From Candidatus Yanofskybacteria bacterium (lineage in GTDB: Bacteria; Patescibacteriota; Minisyncoccia; 2-02-FULL-40-12; GWA2-44-9): DNA of 60,933 nucleotides. Numbering within the stretch: the first letter of the stretch is position 1; every line of letters starts with the position of its first letter. The translations under genes and the position numbers were made by a program. The notes under the pieces were generated by a model. That model was given only the letters and a program-made list of their open reading frames with translations. It was not told the DNA's origin and ran no database searches. The DNA is taken from contig CAIKUK010000024.1 of assembly GCA_903830625.1 (NCBI GenBank), positions 1 through 60,933 on the forward strand, in the 5' to 3' direction. Below are positions 51,999 to 60,933 of the stretch, one piece after another.

Positions 51999-53088
51999 GG
52001 ATAAACAGATTTCTGTTCTGTATTTTGGTTCCTATAGTCTCAATAATTCCAGGAATGCAATCTTAATGAGGGGGCTAAAGGAGAATGGCGTCAGGATTTT
52101 AGAATGCAACGACCATTCAAAGTTTTATATTTTGAAATATATTAAACTTCTTTTTAAATATTTAAAATATATTGGCAAATTTGATGTTATGGTGGTTGGG
52201 TTCGCCGGGCAAGAGATGATGCCACTGGCGAGGGTGTTAACGCGAAAACCGATTTTTTTTGATGTGTTCACTTCCCATTATATGGGCTATATTCTAGACC
52301 GTAAATATTTTTCTCCGCAAAGTCTACGTGCCAAGTATTACCATTTTATCGATAAATTTTCTTGTTGGTTGGCTGATATTGTCATTTTGGACACTCAAGC
52401 CCATATCGAATATTTTATTAAAGAATTCAATATCCCTAGGGGTAAATTAATAAAAGTGCCACTAGGCGCGAATTCAGAACTGTTTCGGCCCCATCCGCAT
52501 CTCAAAGGTCAAGACAAAGGTTTTAGGGTGGTTTTCTGGGGCACGTTTATTCCTCTCCAAGGAATAAAATACATAATCGAAGCAGCGAAACTACTTGATG
52601 GCGACGGAGTCGATATATTCATCATTGGCAACGGCGGACAGACATATGAACACGATAAAAAATATGCCGATGAATTGAAATTGAATAATTTACACTTTTT
52701 AGGTAGACTTCTACCGGGCAAGATGGAGGCAGGTGAACTAAATCGGCAGATCGCAATGGCTGATGTTTGTCTTGGGTGTTTTGGTGAGAGTATTAAGACT
52801 GATGTTACAATACAAAACAAAATTTTCGAGACACTGGCTTCCAGCAAGGCCCTACTAACAGCTAGAACGACTGCGCTTCAGGAGCTTTTGGTTGATGGCA
52901 AGCATTGTTTAATGTGTCGTGCGGCTGACACAAAGGACTTGGCCGACAAAATAACAATCCTGAAAAATGACACTATTCTTAGAAATAGTATATCCGAGGA
53001 AGGTTATAAGTTTTTTGTCGGTAACTTATTAGAACGAAAGTTGGGGAGCATCGTTCTTGGAGCAATTCAACAAATGATTAAAACGTAA
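51991..53088 (+). CDS. GT4 glycosyltransferase
   Basis: [21 protein letters not shown]. Confidence 0.82.
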   Translation: MNKDKQISVLYFGSYSLNNSRNAILMRGLKENGVRILECNDHSKFYILKYIKLLFKYLKYIGKFDVMVVGFAGQEMMPLARVLTRKPIFFDVFTSHYMGYILDRKYFSPQSLRAKYYHFIDKFSCWLADIVILDTQAHIEYFIKEFNIPRGKLIKVPLGANSELFRPHPHLKGQDKGFRVVFWGTFIPLQGIKYIIEAAKLLDGDGVDIFIIGNGGQTYEHDKKYADELKLNNLHFLGRLLPGKMEAGELNRQIAMADVCLGCFGESIKTDVTIQNKIFETLASSKALLTARTTALQELLVDGKHCLMCRAADTKDLADKITILKNDTILRNSISEEGYKFFVGNLLERKLGSIVLGAIQQMIKT

Positions 53089-53090
53089 AA

Positions 53091-54146
53091 ATGAAAAACG
53101 CTCTTATAACTGGTTCGTCTGGTCTTATCGGCTCTGAAGCTGTAAGATTTTTTAGTGACAAAGGTTATAAAATTGTAGGTATTGATAATAACATGCGGCA
53201 GTATTTTTTTGGTAAAGAGGCCAGTACCACATGGAACAGAAAACAGTTAGAGGACGAGTTAGGAAGTAAGTATCGTCACCATAACATTGATATTCGCAAT
53301 AATAAGAAGATTGAAGAATTATTTAAGCACAACAAGTTTGATATAATCATCCATACTGCCGCTCAACCCAGCCATGATTGGGCAGCCAAGGAACCCATTA
53401 CAGACTTTACTGTCAATGCACTTGGAACTTTGGTGCTCTTGGAAAACTATAGGAAATACTGCCCCGACGCAACATTTATATACACCTCAACTAACAAGGT
53501 TTATGGTGATACACCAAACCTACTACCCTTAGTTGAATTAAATAAGAGATATGAAATTGACAAGAAACACAAATATTTTAAAAATGGAATTGATGAATCA
53601 ATGAGTATGGATCAAAGTAAGCATAGTATTTTTGGAGCTTCAAAATTGGCTGCCGATATTATGGTGCAGGAGTACGGGAGGTATTTTAATTTACCAACCG
53701 CCGTTTTCCGTGGAGGTTGTTTGACCGGGCCGGCCCATAGCAGTACTCAATTGCATGGATTCTTAGCTTATTTGGCAAAGTGTATTATGACCGGCAAAAA
53801 ATATACCATTTTTGGCTATAAAGGTAAGCAAGTAAGAGACAATATTCATTCTTATGATCTAGTCAACATGTTTTGGCATTTTCATAAAAACCCTCGTTTC
53901 GGTGAAGTGTATAATGCGGGGGGTTCAAGACACTCAAACATTTCAATACTTGAGGCAATTGATAAAATTGAGCAGGTAACTGGCAAAAAATCTATTTACG
54001 AATATGTTGAGCAGAACAGATCGGGGGACCATATGTGGTATATTTCCGATGTTTCAAAATTCAAATCGCATTATCCCAAATGGAACTATACTTACAACAT
54101 AGATGATATTATTGTGGATCTCTGTCAATCAGGACATCTTGTATGA
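53091..54146 (+). CDS. NAD-dependent epimerase/dehydratase (CDP-paratose 2-epimerase-like)
   Basis: [38 protein letters not shown] (YxxxK variant), KGKQVRD. Confidence 0.85.
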   Translation: MKNALITGSSGLIGSEAVRFFSDKGYKIVGIDNNMRQYFFGKEASTTWNRKQLEDELGSKYRHHNIDIRNNKKIEELFKHNKFDIIIHTAAQPSHDWAAKEPITDFTVNALGTLVLLENYRKYCPDATFIYTSTNKVYGDTPNLLPLVELNKRYEIDKKHKYFKNGIDESMSMDQSKHSIFGASKLAADIMVQEYGRYFNLPTAVFRGGCLTGPAHSSTQLHGFLAYLAKCIMTGKKYTIFGYKGKQVRDNIHSYDLVNMFWHFHKNPRFGEVYNAGGSRHSNISILEAIDKIEQVTGKKSIYEYVEQNRSGDHMWYISDVSKFKSHYPKWNYTYNIDDIIVDLCQSGHLV

Positions 54147-54889
54147 TAAAAAAAATTATTAAACTTTTTTATTATTCTTTAGTTCGATATTTTCCGGCTC
54201 GAGGAGTTGTTGTCTTGATGTATCATTCGGTTGGTGATAACAGTGAATTTTTTACCGTTTCTGCCGCTGATTTTGAAAAACAGATGGCCTATCTGGCCGA
54301 GAATAATTACCACGTATTGTCTGTCTCCAAAGCAATTGAATTATTTGAGGGCGGTCGGGAGCTTCCGCCTAAAACTGTCATAATAACATTTGATGATGGC
54401 TATAAAGATAACTACGATTACGTTTTCCCGGTCCTCAAAAAATATGGGTTTTCGGCGGCTATTTTTATTGTGACTGGTTCCGTGGGCGGTGCCAGGACCA
54501 CAACTAAAGGTACGGCTCTGCCAACTTTAAATTGGCAACAGATAAAAGAGATGGCAGATAGCGGTCTTGTGGAATTCTTTCCACATTCTCACACTCATCC
54601 GAAGCTTGATCTTATCTCCGACGAGGATATACGATATGAAGTTCAGACTTCCAAAAATATCTTAGAGAAGGAACTTGGCAAGAAAATGACCAATTTTGCG
54701 TATCCTTATGGCCGAAGCAATCAAAAAGTCAGGGATATTCTTGACCAAGAATATTTTCGCTCCGCATTTACAGTTAAGACAGGGCGAATATCCAGCAAAA
54801 CCAATTTAATGTTGCTTAATAGAAATTCAATTGATTCTAAAGTAACGCCGGCCATGTTCAAGGGGATAGTTCATTATGGTAGGATTTAA
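54143..54889 (+). CDS. Polysaccharide deacetylase (NodB-like)
   Basis: [28 protein letters not shown]. Confidence 0.9.
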   Translation: MIKKIIKLFYYSLVRYFPARGVVVLMYHSVGDNSEFFTVSAADFEKQMAYLAENNYHVLSVSKAIELFEGGRELPPKTVIITFDDGYKDNYDYVFPVLKKYGFSAAIFIVTGSVGGARTTTKGTALPTLNWQQIKEMADSGLVEFFPHSHTHPKLDLISDEDIRYEVQTSKNILEKELGKKMTNFAYPYGRSNQKVRDILDQEYFRSAFTVKTGRISSKTNLMLLNRNSIDSKVTPAMFKGIVHYGRI

Positions 54890-54890
54890 T

Positions 54891-56066
54891 ATGCGTAAAA
54901 TTTTTATAACCTCATATCCTTACGTTTATGAAAGATATTTCAAGGTTTTTGATTTTTTCCCAGAGAAAGAAAAGTTATTTTTTATTCTCCCGAATACTTG
55001 GGAGGCCAAGGGAGGTAAGATAAAAGTTAAGACTCCAGTTCGTCAAGATATTAAAATAATTAGTACCGAAGCATATTTTTTCCACTCCCATTACCCAATT
55101 ATCAGGGGGTTATTAAAAGGTTGGATGCCAAGAGCTAAAAATATAATTAAACAAAACGCAAAATTGGGCGATATCATATATACCGCAATTGAGCCTAATT
55201 TGCTGACCACTTACTTCAATGCTCGTCTTGCTAAAAAACTTGACCTGAAGCATGTGTTCTTTACCTGGCAAAACGTACCCTACAAGTCGCGGCTTCGGGG
55301 ACTAAAATTGAAATTTACGGAACATATCATTAAAAAAACAATTCAAAATTCGGCAGGCGCGATTTGTGGTAACCATAAGGCGGCAGAAATACTAAGAAGT
55401 TATGCTACCACAGATTTTAAAATTCTAGTTGCTCCTATTTCTGGTGTTGATACTGAAAAGTTCAGCCCTAGTATTAATTCTGATTTTAGGGTAAAAAATA
55501 ATCTAGATAATAAAATTATTATTACTTTTGCCGGCGTTTTTGATAAAAGAAAAGGAATTAATACGCTCCTTGATGCTTTTCTTTTATCATTAAATAAGAA
55601 TCCGGATTTACATTTGGTCATGATCGGTACTGGACCGCTTGAAGATTTTATACACGATTTTGTTAATCAGAATAAGCTACAAAATGAAATTACTGTAATT
55701 CCTTGGTTACCAAATGAACAGTTGCCCGGTGTTTTTGCGGGCTCTAATATTTTTGTTCATCCATCGGAACCAAGTGGAGGCTGGGAAGAACAGTTCGGTT
55801 ATTCTATGGCTGAAGCATCCGCTTCAGGTTTACCAATAATATCAACGAATACGGGGTCTATTAATGAAATTGTTATTGATGGAGAAACGGGTAAACTGGT
55901 TGAAGCGAAAAATCCGGAACAACTTAGTCAAGCAATAGAAATTTTATCCGCTAACCGTTCATTAAGACAGCAAATGGGAGTGAATGCTCGAAAGTACATC
56001 GAGAGCAATTTTAGCCATCGCGTTGTGGCCGATAAATTTAATAATTTTTTTAGAGAGCTAAATTAA
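54891..56066 (+). CDS. GT4 glycosyltransferase
   Basis: GVFDKRKG, WEEQFGYSMAEASASGLP. Confidence 0.88.
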   Translation: MRKIFITSYPYVYERYFKVFDFFPEKEKLFFILPNTWEAKGGKIKVKTPVRQDIKIISTEAYFFHSHYPIIRGLLKGWMPRAKNIIKQNAKLGDIIYTAIEPNLLTTYFNARLAKKLDLKHVFFTWQNVPYKSRLRGLKLKFTEHIIKKTIQNSAGAICGNHKAAEILRSYATTDFKILVAPISGVDTEKFSPSINSDFRVKNNLDNKIIITFAGVFDKRKGINTLLDAFLLSLNKNPDLHLVMIGTGPLEDFIHDFVNQNKLQNEITVIPWLPNEQLPGVFAGSNIFVHPSEPSGGWEEQFGYSMAEASASGLPIISTNTGSINEIVIDGETGKLVEAKNPEQLSQAIEILSANRSLRQQMGVNARKYIESNFSHRVVADKFNNFFRELN

Positions 56067-56067
56067 T

Positions 56068-57105
56068 ATGGATAATCAAGATAAAAAACGGGTCATTGTA
56101 ATCAGTCCGGCCGATTCATTCTTTACCATGCCTCATGTTAGGGCCTTTCAGACCTTGGGTTATGATTGTATTTCTTTTGACAATCGAAGTGGTAAATTAT
56201 ATTCCAGTTCAATCCTAAGGAAGTTGATGAGGGTTTTTCCGCGACTTCGGATTATTAAAAAAATCACTCTTGACCGAACGAACAGAAAGCTAATCTCTTT
56301 GGTTAATGATTATAAACCATTCTTAGTATTTGCAGTAAAGGCCGAGAATATTTATCCGGAAACCATTGAAGAGATTAAAAAGATGGGGGTGACAACCGCA
56401 TGTTTCTATATTGATCTAATGGACCATTGGCCGGTAATAAGCAAGATTGCACCGGTCTATGACCATTTTTTCAACCAATGTCATGTTGTGTTGCGTCGTC
56501 TTTGGAATGAGCTTAGGTTGAAGAATTGCCACTATATGGCCCATTCAACAGAACCTATTCCGGAGGATAAAATGCCTAGCGATAGAAAATATGATATTAC
56601 ATTCATTGGTACTCACAATAATGAGCTCTATCCTAATCGTGAAAAATATTTAATGGCCATCGCCGACCTTGGTCTGAATATCTGGGGGACCGACAGCTGG
56701 GCGGATACATCGTTAAAAAATTGTTTTCATGGCCGTTCATATGGCGATCAAAGGTTGGACATATATACCAATAGCAAGATTGTGATTGATATAAATTGGG
56801 ATGTCATGCCCGCTGAGGGTCTTAGTAATCGGCCGTTTGAAGTTACGGGTTGCGGGGCAATGTTCATGACCGATTATGTACGCGAGGATATAAAAAGGGC
56901 TTATGTTGAGGGCAAGGAAGTAGTATTATTTAGAGACGAGAACGAATTGAGACAAAAAGTTATTTACTACCTCGAGCACGAGAAAGAGAGAAAAGAGATT
57001 ATGAAAGCCGGATATGTAAAAACCGTAGCCCAACACACCTACATTGAACGAGTCAAGCAATTATTGGATACAATCGAAAATCCGGACAAATATTTATATA
57101 AATAA
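56068..57105 (+). CDS. CgeB-like glycosyltransferase
   Basis: ITFIGT, NRPFEVTGCGAMFMTD, G..KTVAQHTYIERV. Confidence 0.8.
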   Translation: MDNQDKKRVIVISPADSFFTMPHVRAFQTLGYDCISFDNRSGKLYSSSILRKLMRVFPRLRIIKKITLDRTNRKLISLVNDYKPFLVFAVKAENIYPETIEEIKKMGVTTACFYIDLMDHWPVISKIAPVYDHFFNQCHVVLRRLWNELRLKNCHYMAHSTEPIPEDKMPSDRKYDITFIGTHNNELYPNREKYLMAIADLGLNIWGTDSWADTSLKNCFHGRSYGDQRLDIYTNSKIVIDINWDVMPAEGLSNRPFEVTGCGAMFMTDYVREDIKRAYVEGKEVVLFRDENELRQKVIYYLEHEKERKEIMKAGYVKTVAQHTYIERVKQLLDTIENPDKYLYK

Positions 57106-57114
57106 TGTTAAAAT

Positions 57115-57579
57115 ATGGACACAATTAAACTTGCCGAAGAATTAAAAAAAATTACTCCATTCCCCAACATGCCCCGGGAAATTTTTGAATCTTTGAAAGG
57201 ATTATTGCCTATAACCGCGGTTGAATTATTGGTTATTCATCCGGATAATTCTTTTGTGTTGATTGAAAAGACCGGGCAGTTTAATGGTTGGGCATTGCCT
57301 AGTGGCTACATCGGTTTGAATGAAAGCCTTGAAGATGCTTGCCAGAGAGTAGCAGAAAGAGATCTTGGGGCTAAATTAAAATCTACTGACTTTATCACGG
57401 TCTTTAATTGGCCGAAAGGGGGCCAAAGATCAGGAGATGGCCATGCTATTTCACTCCTTTTTAAATGCGAAGTGCGCGGAAATATTAAAAATGGCAAATA
57501 TTTCAAAAAAATTCCTGAAGGAATTTTAGCGCATCATAAAATAATGATCGAGGCTTACTTTGAAAAATATGAAAAATAA
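57115..57579 (+). CDS. NUDIX hydrolase (NDP-sugar hydrolase-like)
   Basis: PITAVELL, WALPSGYIGLNESLEDACQRVAERDLG, H.ISL.F. Confidence 0.75.
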   Translation: MDTIKLAEELKKITPFPNMPREIFESLKGLLPITAVELLVIHPDNSFVLIEKTGQFNGWALPSGYIGLNESLEDACQRVAERDLGAKLKSTDFITVFNWPKGGQRSGDGHAISLLFKCEVRGNIKNGKYFKKIPEGILAHHKIMIEAYFEKYEK

Positions 57580-58270
57580 TGAAATTAGAGAATATTTTTC
57601 CAAATATCCCGAGCAAGCTTTCGCGCTGGTAAAACTCGAGACATTAATTTTTAATTCTGTTTCCGAGAAGTGCGAGCTAGTGTATCTATTTTCACAGACC
57701 CCCGATAATGAATCGTCAATCATAAACATCGGGGCCAAGATCTCAAAAGAAAATAGTTTGAATACCTCCGTGGAAACAAAAATAGGTATCTGTGGTTTGG
57801 AACATCCGGCTTGCAGTAAGCCCGAAGAAATAAAAAAGAGACTTATCAATAAGGGTGTCAGAAGCAAAGATATTATTGTAATTGATTATGATCATCCAGA
57901 TGTCGGAGTTGGCCGTAAATTCAGATTTTCTAACACTAAAATCGAAGCGGAAGCAGTTGTTAATTATTGTCTTCGCAATGGCATTGTGAAATTAGGCATT
58001 TGTTCTCCCCCTTTCCACCAAATCAGAGGTTATTTAACCGTGCTCGCCGCTCTGAAAAGAGCTGGGTTGGAAAATAAAATCGCAATTTACAATATTGTGG
58101 GAGAAACACTTGATTGGAATAAAAAAGCCGTTCACTCGCAAGGCACCACGATTGATTTGCGGAGCAATCTGATTGATAGCGAAATTTTGAGAATTTTCAA
58201 ATACTGGCAGGCAGGTGATTTAGCTTCTCCCGAGGAAGCAGTTAAATATTTCTTGGAACACTCTAAGTAA
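57569..58270 (+). CDS. Hypothetical protein, DUF218/YdcF-like fold (tentative)
   Basis: NTKIEAEA, SPPFHQIRGY motifs reminiscent of DUF218. Confidence 0.5.
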   Translation: MKNNEIREYFSKYPEQAFALVKLETLIFNSVSEKCELVYLFSQTPDNESSIINIGAKISKENSLNTSVETKIGICGLEHPACSKPEEIKKRLINKGVRSKDIIVIDYDHPDVGVGRKFRFSNTKIEAEAVVNYCLRNGIVKLGICSPPFHQIRGYLTVLAALKRAGLENKIAIYNIVGETLDWNKKAVHSQGTTIDLRSNLIDSEILRIFKYWQAGDLASPEEAVKYFLEHSK

Positions 58271-58335
58271 TTTTTTGCTTGATATTTGGCCCATTTTTTG
58301 GTATATTCCACCTAAAGTATAGGTTTTTGATTTAT

Positions 58336-59574
58336 ATGCCAATAATCAAGGAAATAACCAGTTGCCGGATTTGTCAAGGCAGAAAATTGTCAACGTTTTT
58401 GAGTTTGAGGCCAATGCCTAAGCCCAATGGTTTTCTTACAAAACCTATCGCCGAAAAACGCTATCCGCTCAATGTTCAGCGTTGTCATATTTGTGGCAAT
58501 ATTCAACTTCAGCACGTAATAGACGCGAGCGAGCTTTTCTCCCACTATTTATATATGTCGTCAATGTCTAAGACGATGCTTAAACATTTTACCGCGACTG
58601 CTGAACAAGTGATTAAAAAATTTAACCTAAAATCCAAATCTTTTGTCGTTGATATAGGAAGTAATGACGGCGCTTTTTTAGGAACCTTTAAGGGTTCCGG
58701 GATTAAGGTTTTAGGCATTGACCCAGCAAAAAATCTTAAATCGGTTGCAGCCAAAGCCGGCGTTGAGACTTACGTTGCTTTTTTCAATAAAGATACCGCT
58801 ACTAAAGTGGCGAAGAAATATGGCCGAGCCGACCTGATTAGCGGAATAAATGTCTTTGCTCACATTGATAACCTGGAAGGTGTTTTTCAAGGCATTAACG
58901 TTTTATTAAAAGAAAAAGGTGTTTTGATGATGGAGTTTCCTTATTTAGTCGACCTGATTGAAAAAAATGAGTTTGATACGATTTACCACGAACATCTTTC
59001 ATATTTTCTAGCTAAACCCTTGGAGGTTCTCCTGGCGCGTAATGGTTTTGAAATCTTTGATTTTCAAAGGTTCAGTACTCATGGTGGGTCAATCAGATTC
59101 TTTATTCAAAGAATTTCAGAGCGACCTTATGCCGTTTTATCCAAAGTTAACGATCTTTACAAATACGAACATGATATTGGTATGTACGATGATAAAACTT
59201 ATAGTCGTTTTGCCAATAATATCAAATCTATCCCAGCCGGGCTGGTTGCAACCGTTGCGAAATTAAAGAAGCAAGGTAAAAGAATAATCGGCTATGGAGC
59301 TTCAGCTAAGGCCAATGTTTTATTAAATATGTGTGGTTTTGGGCCTAACGACATAGAATACATAGTTGATTCGACGCCATATAAACAAGGTCTATATACT
59401 CCCGGTACGCATATTCCAATCGTGTCAGAGGAATATCTTGAGAAAGATAATCCTGATTACGCGATTATGTTTATTTGGAATTTTAAAGACGAAGTTCTAA
59501 AAAAGCAAAAAGACAAGTTTTTAAAACGTGGCGGTCATTTCATCATACCGGTTCCTAAAGTTGAGATAATTTAA
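58336..59574 (+). CDS. NDP-hexose C-methyltransferase-like protein
   Basis: Zn site CRIC...C..CG.IQL; DIGSNDG; NVFAH; FDTIYHEHLSYF; HGGSIR; GYGASAK; DSTPYKQG..TPGTHIPI. Confidence 0.88.
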   Translation: MPIIKEITSCRICQGRKLSTFLSLRPMPKPNGFLTKPIAEKRYPLNVQRCHICGNIQLQHVIDASELFSHYLYMSSMSKTMLKHFTATAEQVIKKFNLKSKSFVVDIGSNDGAFLGTFKGSGIKVLGIDPAKNLKSVAAKAGVETYVAFFNKDTATKVAKKYGRADLISGINVFAHIDNLEGVFQGINVLLKEKGVLMMEFPYLVDLIEKNEFDTIYHEHLSYFLAKPLEVLLARNGFEIFDFQRFSTHGGSIRFFIQRISERPYAVLSKVNDLYKYEHDIGMYDDKTYSRFANNIKSIPAGLVATVAKLKKQGKRIIGYGASAKANVLLNMCGFGPNDIEYIVDSTPYKQGLYTPGTHIPIVSEEYLEKDNPDYAIMFIWNFKDEVLKKQKDKFLKRGGHFIIPVPKVEII

Positions 59575-60302
59575 TGGGAAAATCAATAAAAAAACTTATC
59601 AAAAGTTTTTTTCGAGGTTTCGGTATAAAAATAGGCAGGATTAGTAAAAATGAACTTTCCGAAGAGAAGAAGATTGAATGGTTCAAAAATATTGACTTCA
59701 AGACCATAATTGATGTCGGGGCCAGTAAGGGTAATTTCTCGTTACAATTTCACGGGATATTTCTGCAAGCCCAAATATATGCCTTCGAACCACTGACCGA
59801 TTGTTTTGAGCTAACAAAAAATAAACTTGATGGCGTAGCTAATTTTAAAGCATTCAATATTGCTCTAAGCGATTTCAAGGGGCAAAGCAATTTTTTTCGT
59901 AGTTCTTATTCAGGAGCTTCGTCATTAATAAAGATGTCTTCTTTCCAGAAAGAAATATTTCCGGTCACGGCCGGCGAAGCAATGCAGGATATTAGCGTGG
60001 ATACTATGGACAATGTTCTCGGAGAGATACAATTGGATGAACCCATTTTGATTAAACTTGATGTTCAAGGTACCGAAGACAAAGTAATTAGGGGAGGTAA
60101 AATAATATTCAGCATGGCTAAAGCCGTCATTGCGGAAACTTCTTTTCGACGGCTTTACGACGGTCAGCCCTTGTTCAACGATATTTGTCGCTTGTTAGAG
60201 GATTTAGGGTTTAGGTACGCCGGAATTTGGGGTGAGGGCGATTTTAGAAGCCCAATAGACGGCCAACCTTTACAGCAAGACAGTATTTTTATCAGAGATT
60301 AG
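59574..60302 (+). CDS. FkbM family methyltransferase
   Basis: IIDVGASKG, AFEP, LIKLDVQG.E. Confidence 0.88.
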   Translation: MGKSIKKLIKSFFRGFGIKIGRISKNELSEEKKIEWFKNIDFKTIIDVGASKGNFSLQFHGIFLQAQIYAFEPLTDCFELTKNKLDGVANFKAFNIALSDFKGQSNFFRSSYSGASSLIKMSSFQKEIFPVTAGEAMQDISVDTMDNVLGEIQLDEPILIKLDVQGTEDKVIRGGKIIFSMAKAVIAETSFRRLYDGQPLFNDICRLLEDLGFRYAGIWGEGDFRSPIDGQPLQQDSIFIRD

Positions 60303-60317
60303 ATAGAATAATATCCA

Positions 60318-60933
60318 ATGGTTCTAAAAAAGATAGACAAAAATGAGTTGGGCAGTTATTTAGACAAGATTGATTATATTGCCTACTCCGATTCTTTTGC
60401 CGAATTTGCCGAGAGTGCTTATAAAAGTCAACGTTCATTTGTTGGAGTTTTTGAAGATGGGAAATTAAAGGCATTTTTCCCTGTTTTTGAGAAAAAACAA
60501 GGAAATCAGAGTATTATTGAATTACCGCTGTTTATTTATACGGAAATATTTTTTGTCGACCAAAAATTTATTATTAATGGCTTTGAGTTGGGTCGCGAAT
60601 TGATTAAAAAGTTTAGATGTGATGTTTTGAGATTAAATATCTATAAGCCGTATTTTGCGGATAATTTTACAACAGATGGATTCCAGGAAATATTCACAAC
60701 CATGATCATTTCTTTAGAGGGTGTTAATAGTTTTGAAGATTATTTGATGAATTCCATAAGTAAAAACGCGCGGAGTAAGATTTATAAAGGACAAAATTCC
60801 GGATTCGAATTTATAGAGTTAACCGAGAAAGACTTGCCGGAATTCTATAATCTTTACCAACGCCATGTAAAATTATTGGATTCGGCTCCGCATTCAATAG
60901 ATTATTTTCAGAAAATAATAAACGCTCATAAGA
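60318..60933 (+). CDS. GNAT/FemAB-like acyltransferase, truncated by the window edge
   Basis: Open frame from ATG 60318 to the end: MVLKKIDK...ISKNARSKIYKG...EFYNLYQRH...YFQKI. Confidence 0.6.
   Translation, partial: MVLKKIDKNELGSYLDKIDYIAYSDSFAEFAESAYKSQRSFVGVFEDGKLKAFFPVFEKKQGNQSIIELPLFIYTEIFFVDQKFIINGFELGRELIKKFRCDVLRLNIYKPYFADNFTTDGFQEIFTTMIISLEGVNSFEDYLMNSISKNARSKIYKGQNSGFEFIELTEKDLPEFYNLYQRHVKLLDSAPHSIDYFQKIINAHK

Noticed and set aside
266-60474. Numerous short antisense or overlapping ORFs in the track
   Set aside because: They are shadows of well-supported genes on the other strand or frame.
1-60933. CRISPR array, rRNA, prophage, DGR reverse transcriptase, intact IS transposase
   Set aside because: I saw no regularly spaced repeats, rRNA signatures, phage structural genes, RT motifs or DDE/Y1 motifs.

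Overview
60.9 kb of a bacterial chromosome that reads as Patescibacteria/CPR (Parcubacteria; Yanofskybacteria-like by my recall of the gene families, inference only). It uses genetic code 11, with TGA as a stop in lepA and ftsE. Content in order: tRNA-Leu, parAB, topA/dprA, a GT2-galT-dedA-tpiA-DHH-rnhA run, RNase P RNA, a sugar-transferase/GT4/DUF4012 cluster, murJ-lepA, three more tRNAs, an HNH gene, an N-terminally truncated prfB, ftsEX, an MltB-like gene, lexA, phosphoketolase-acetate kinase, a large S-layer-like gene, and an AT-richer surface-glycan locus running off the right edge. There is no CRISPR array, rRNA, or recognisable transposase or integrase. The most interesting unexplained signal is a set of short terminal-inverted-repeat cassettes (ends CCCGTTAGA or CCCCCACAC) that sit at or next to start codons. 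One carries a lone GIY-YIG nuclease. Another has a 4-bp target duplication whose removal restores an intact ancestral gene start. Other notable signals: long hairpin elements that sit on stop codons; two CCA-less C55 tRNAs each followed exactly 3 nt later by an ATG (possible tRNA punctuation producing leaderless mRNAs); an RF2 lacking domain 1; and palindromic repeats inserted into topA and RNase P RNA. All product calls are from motif recognition, not database searches.
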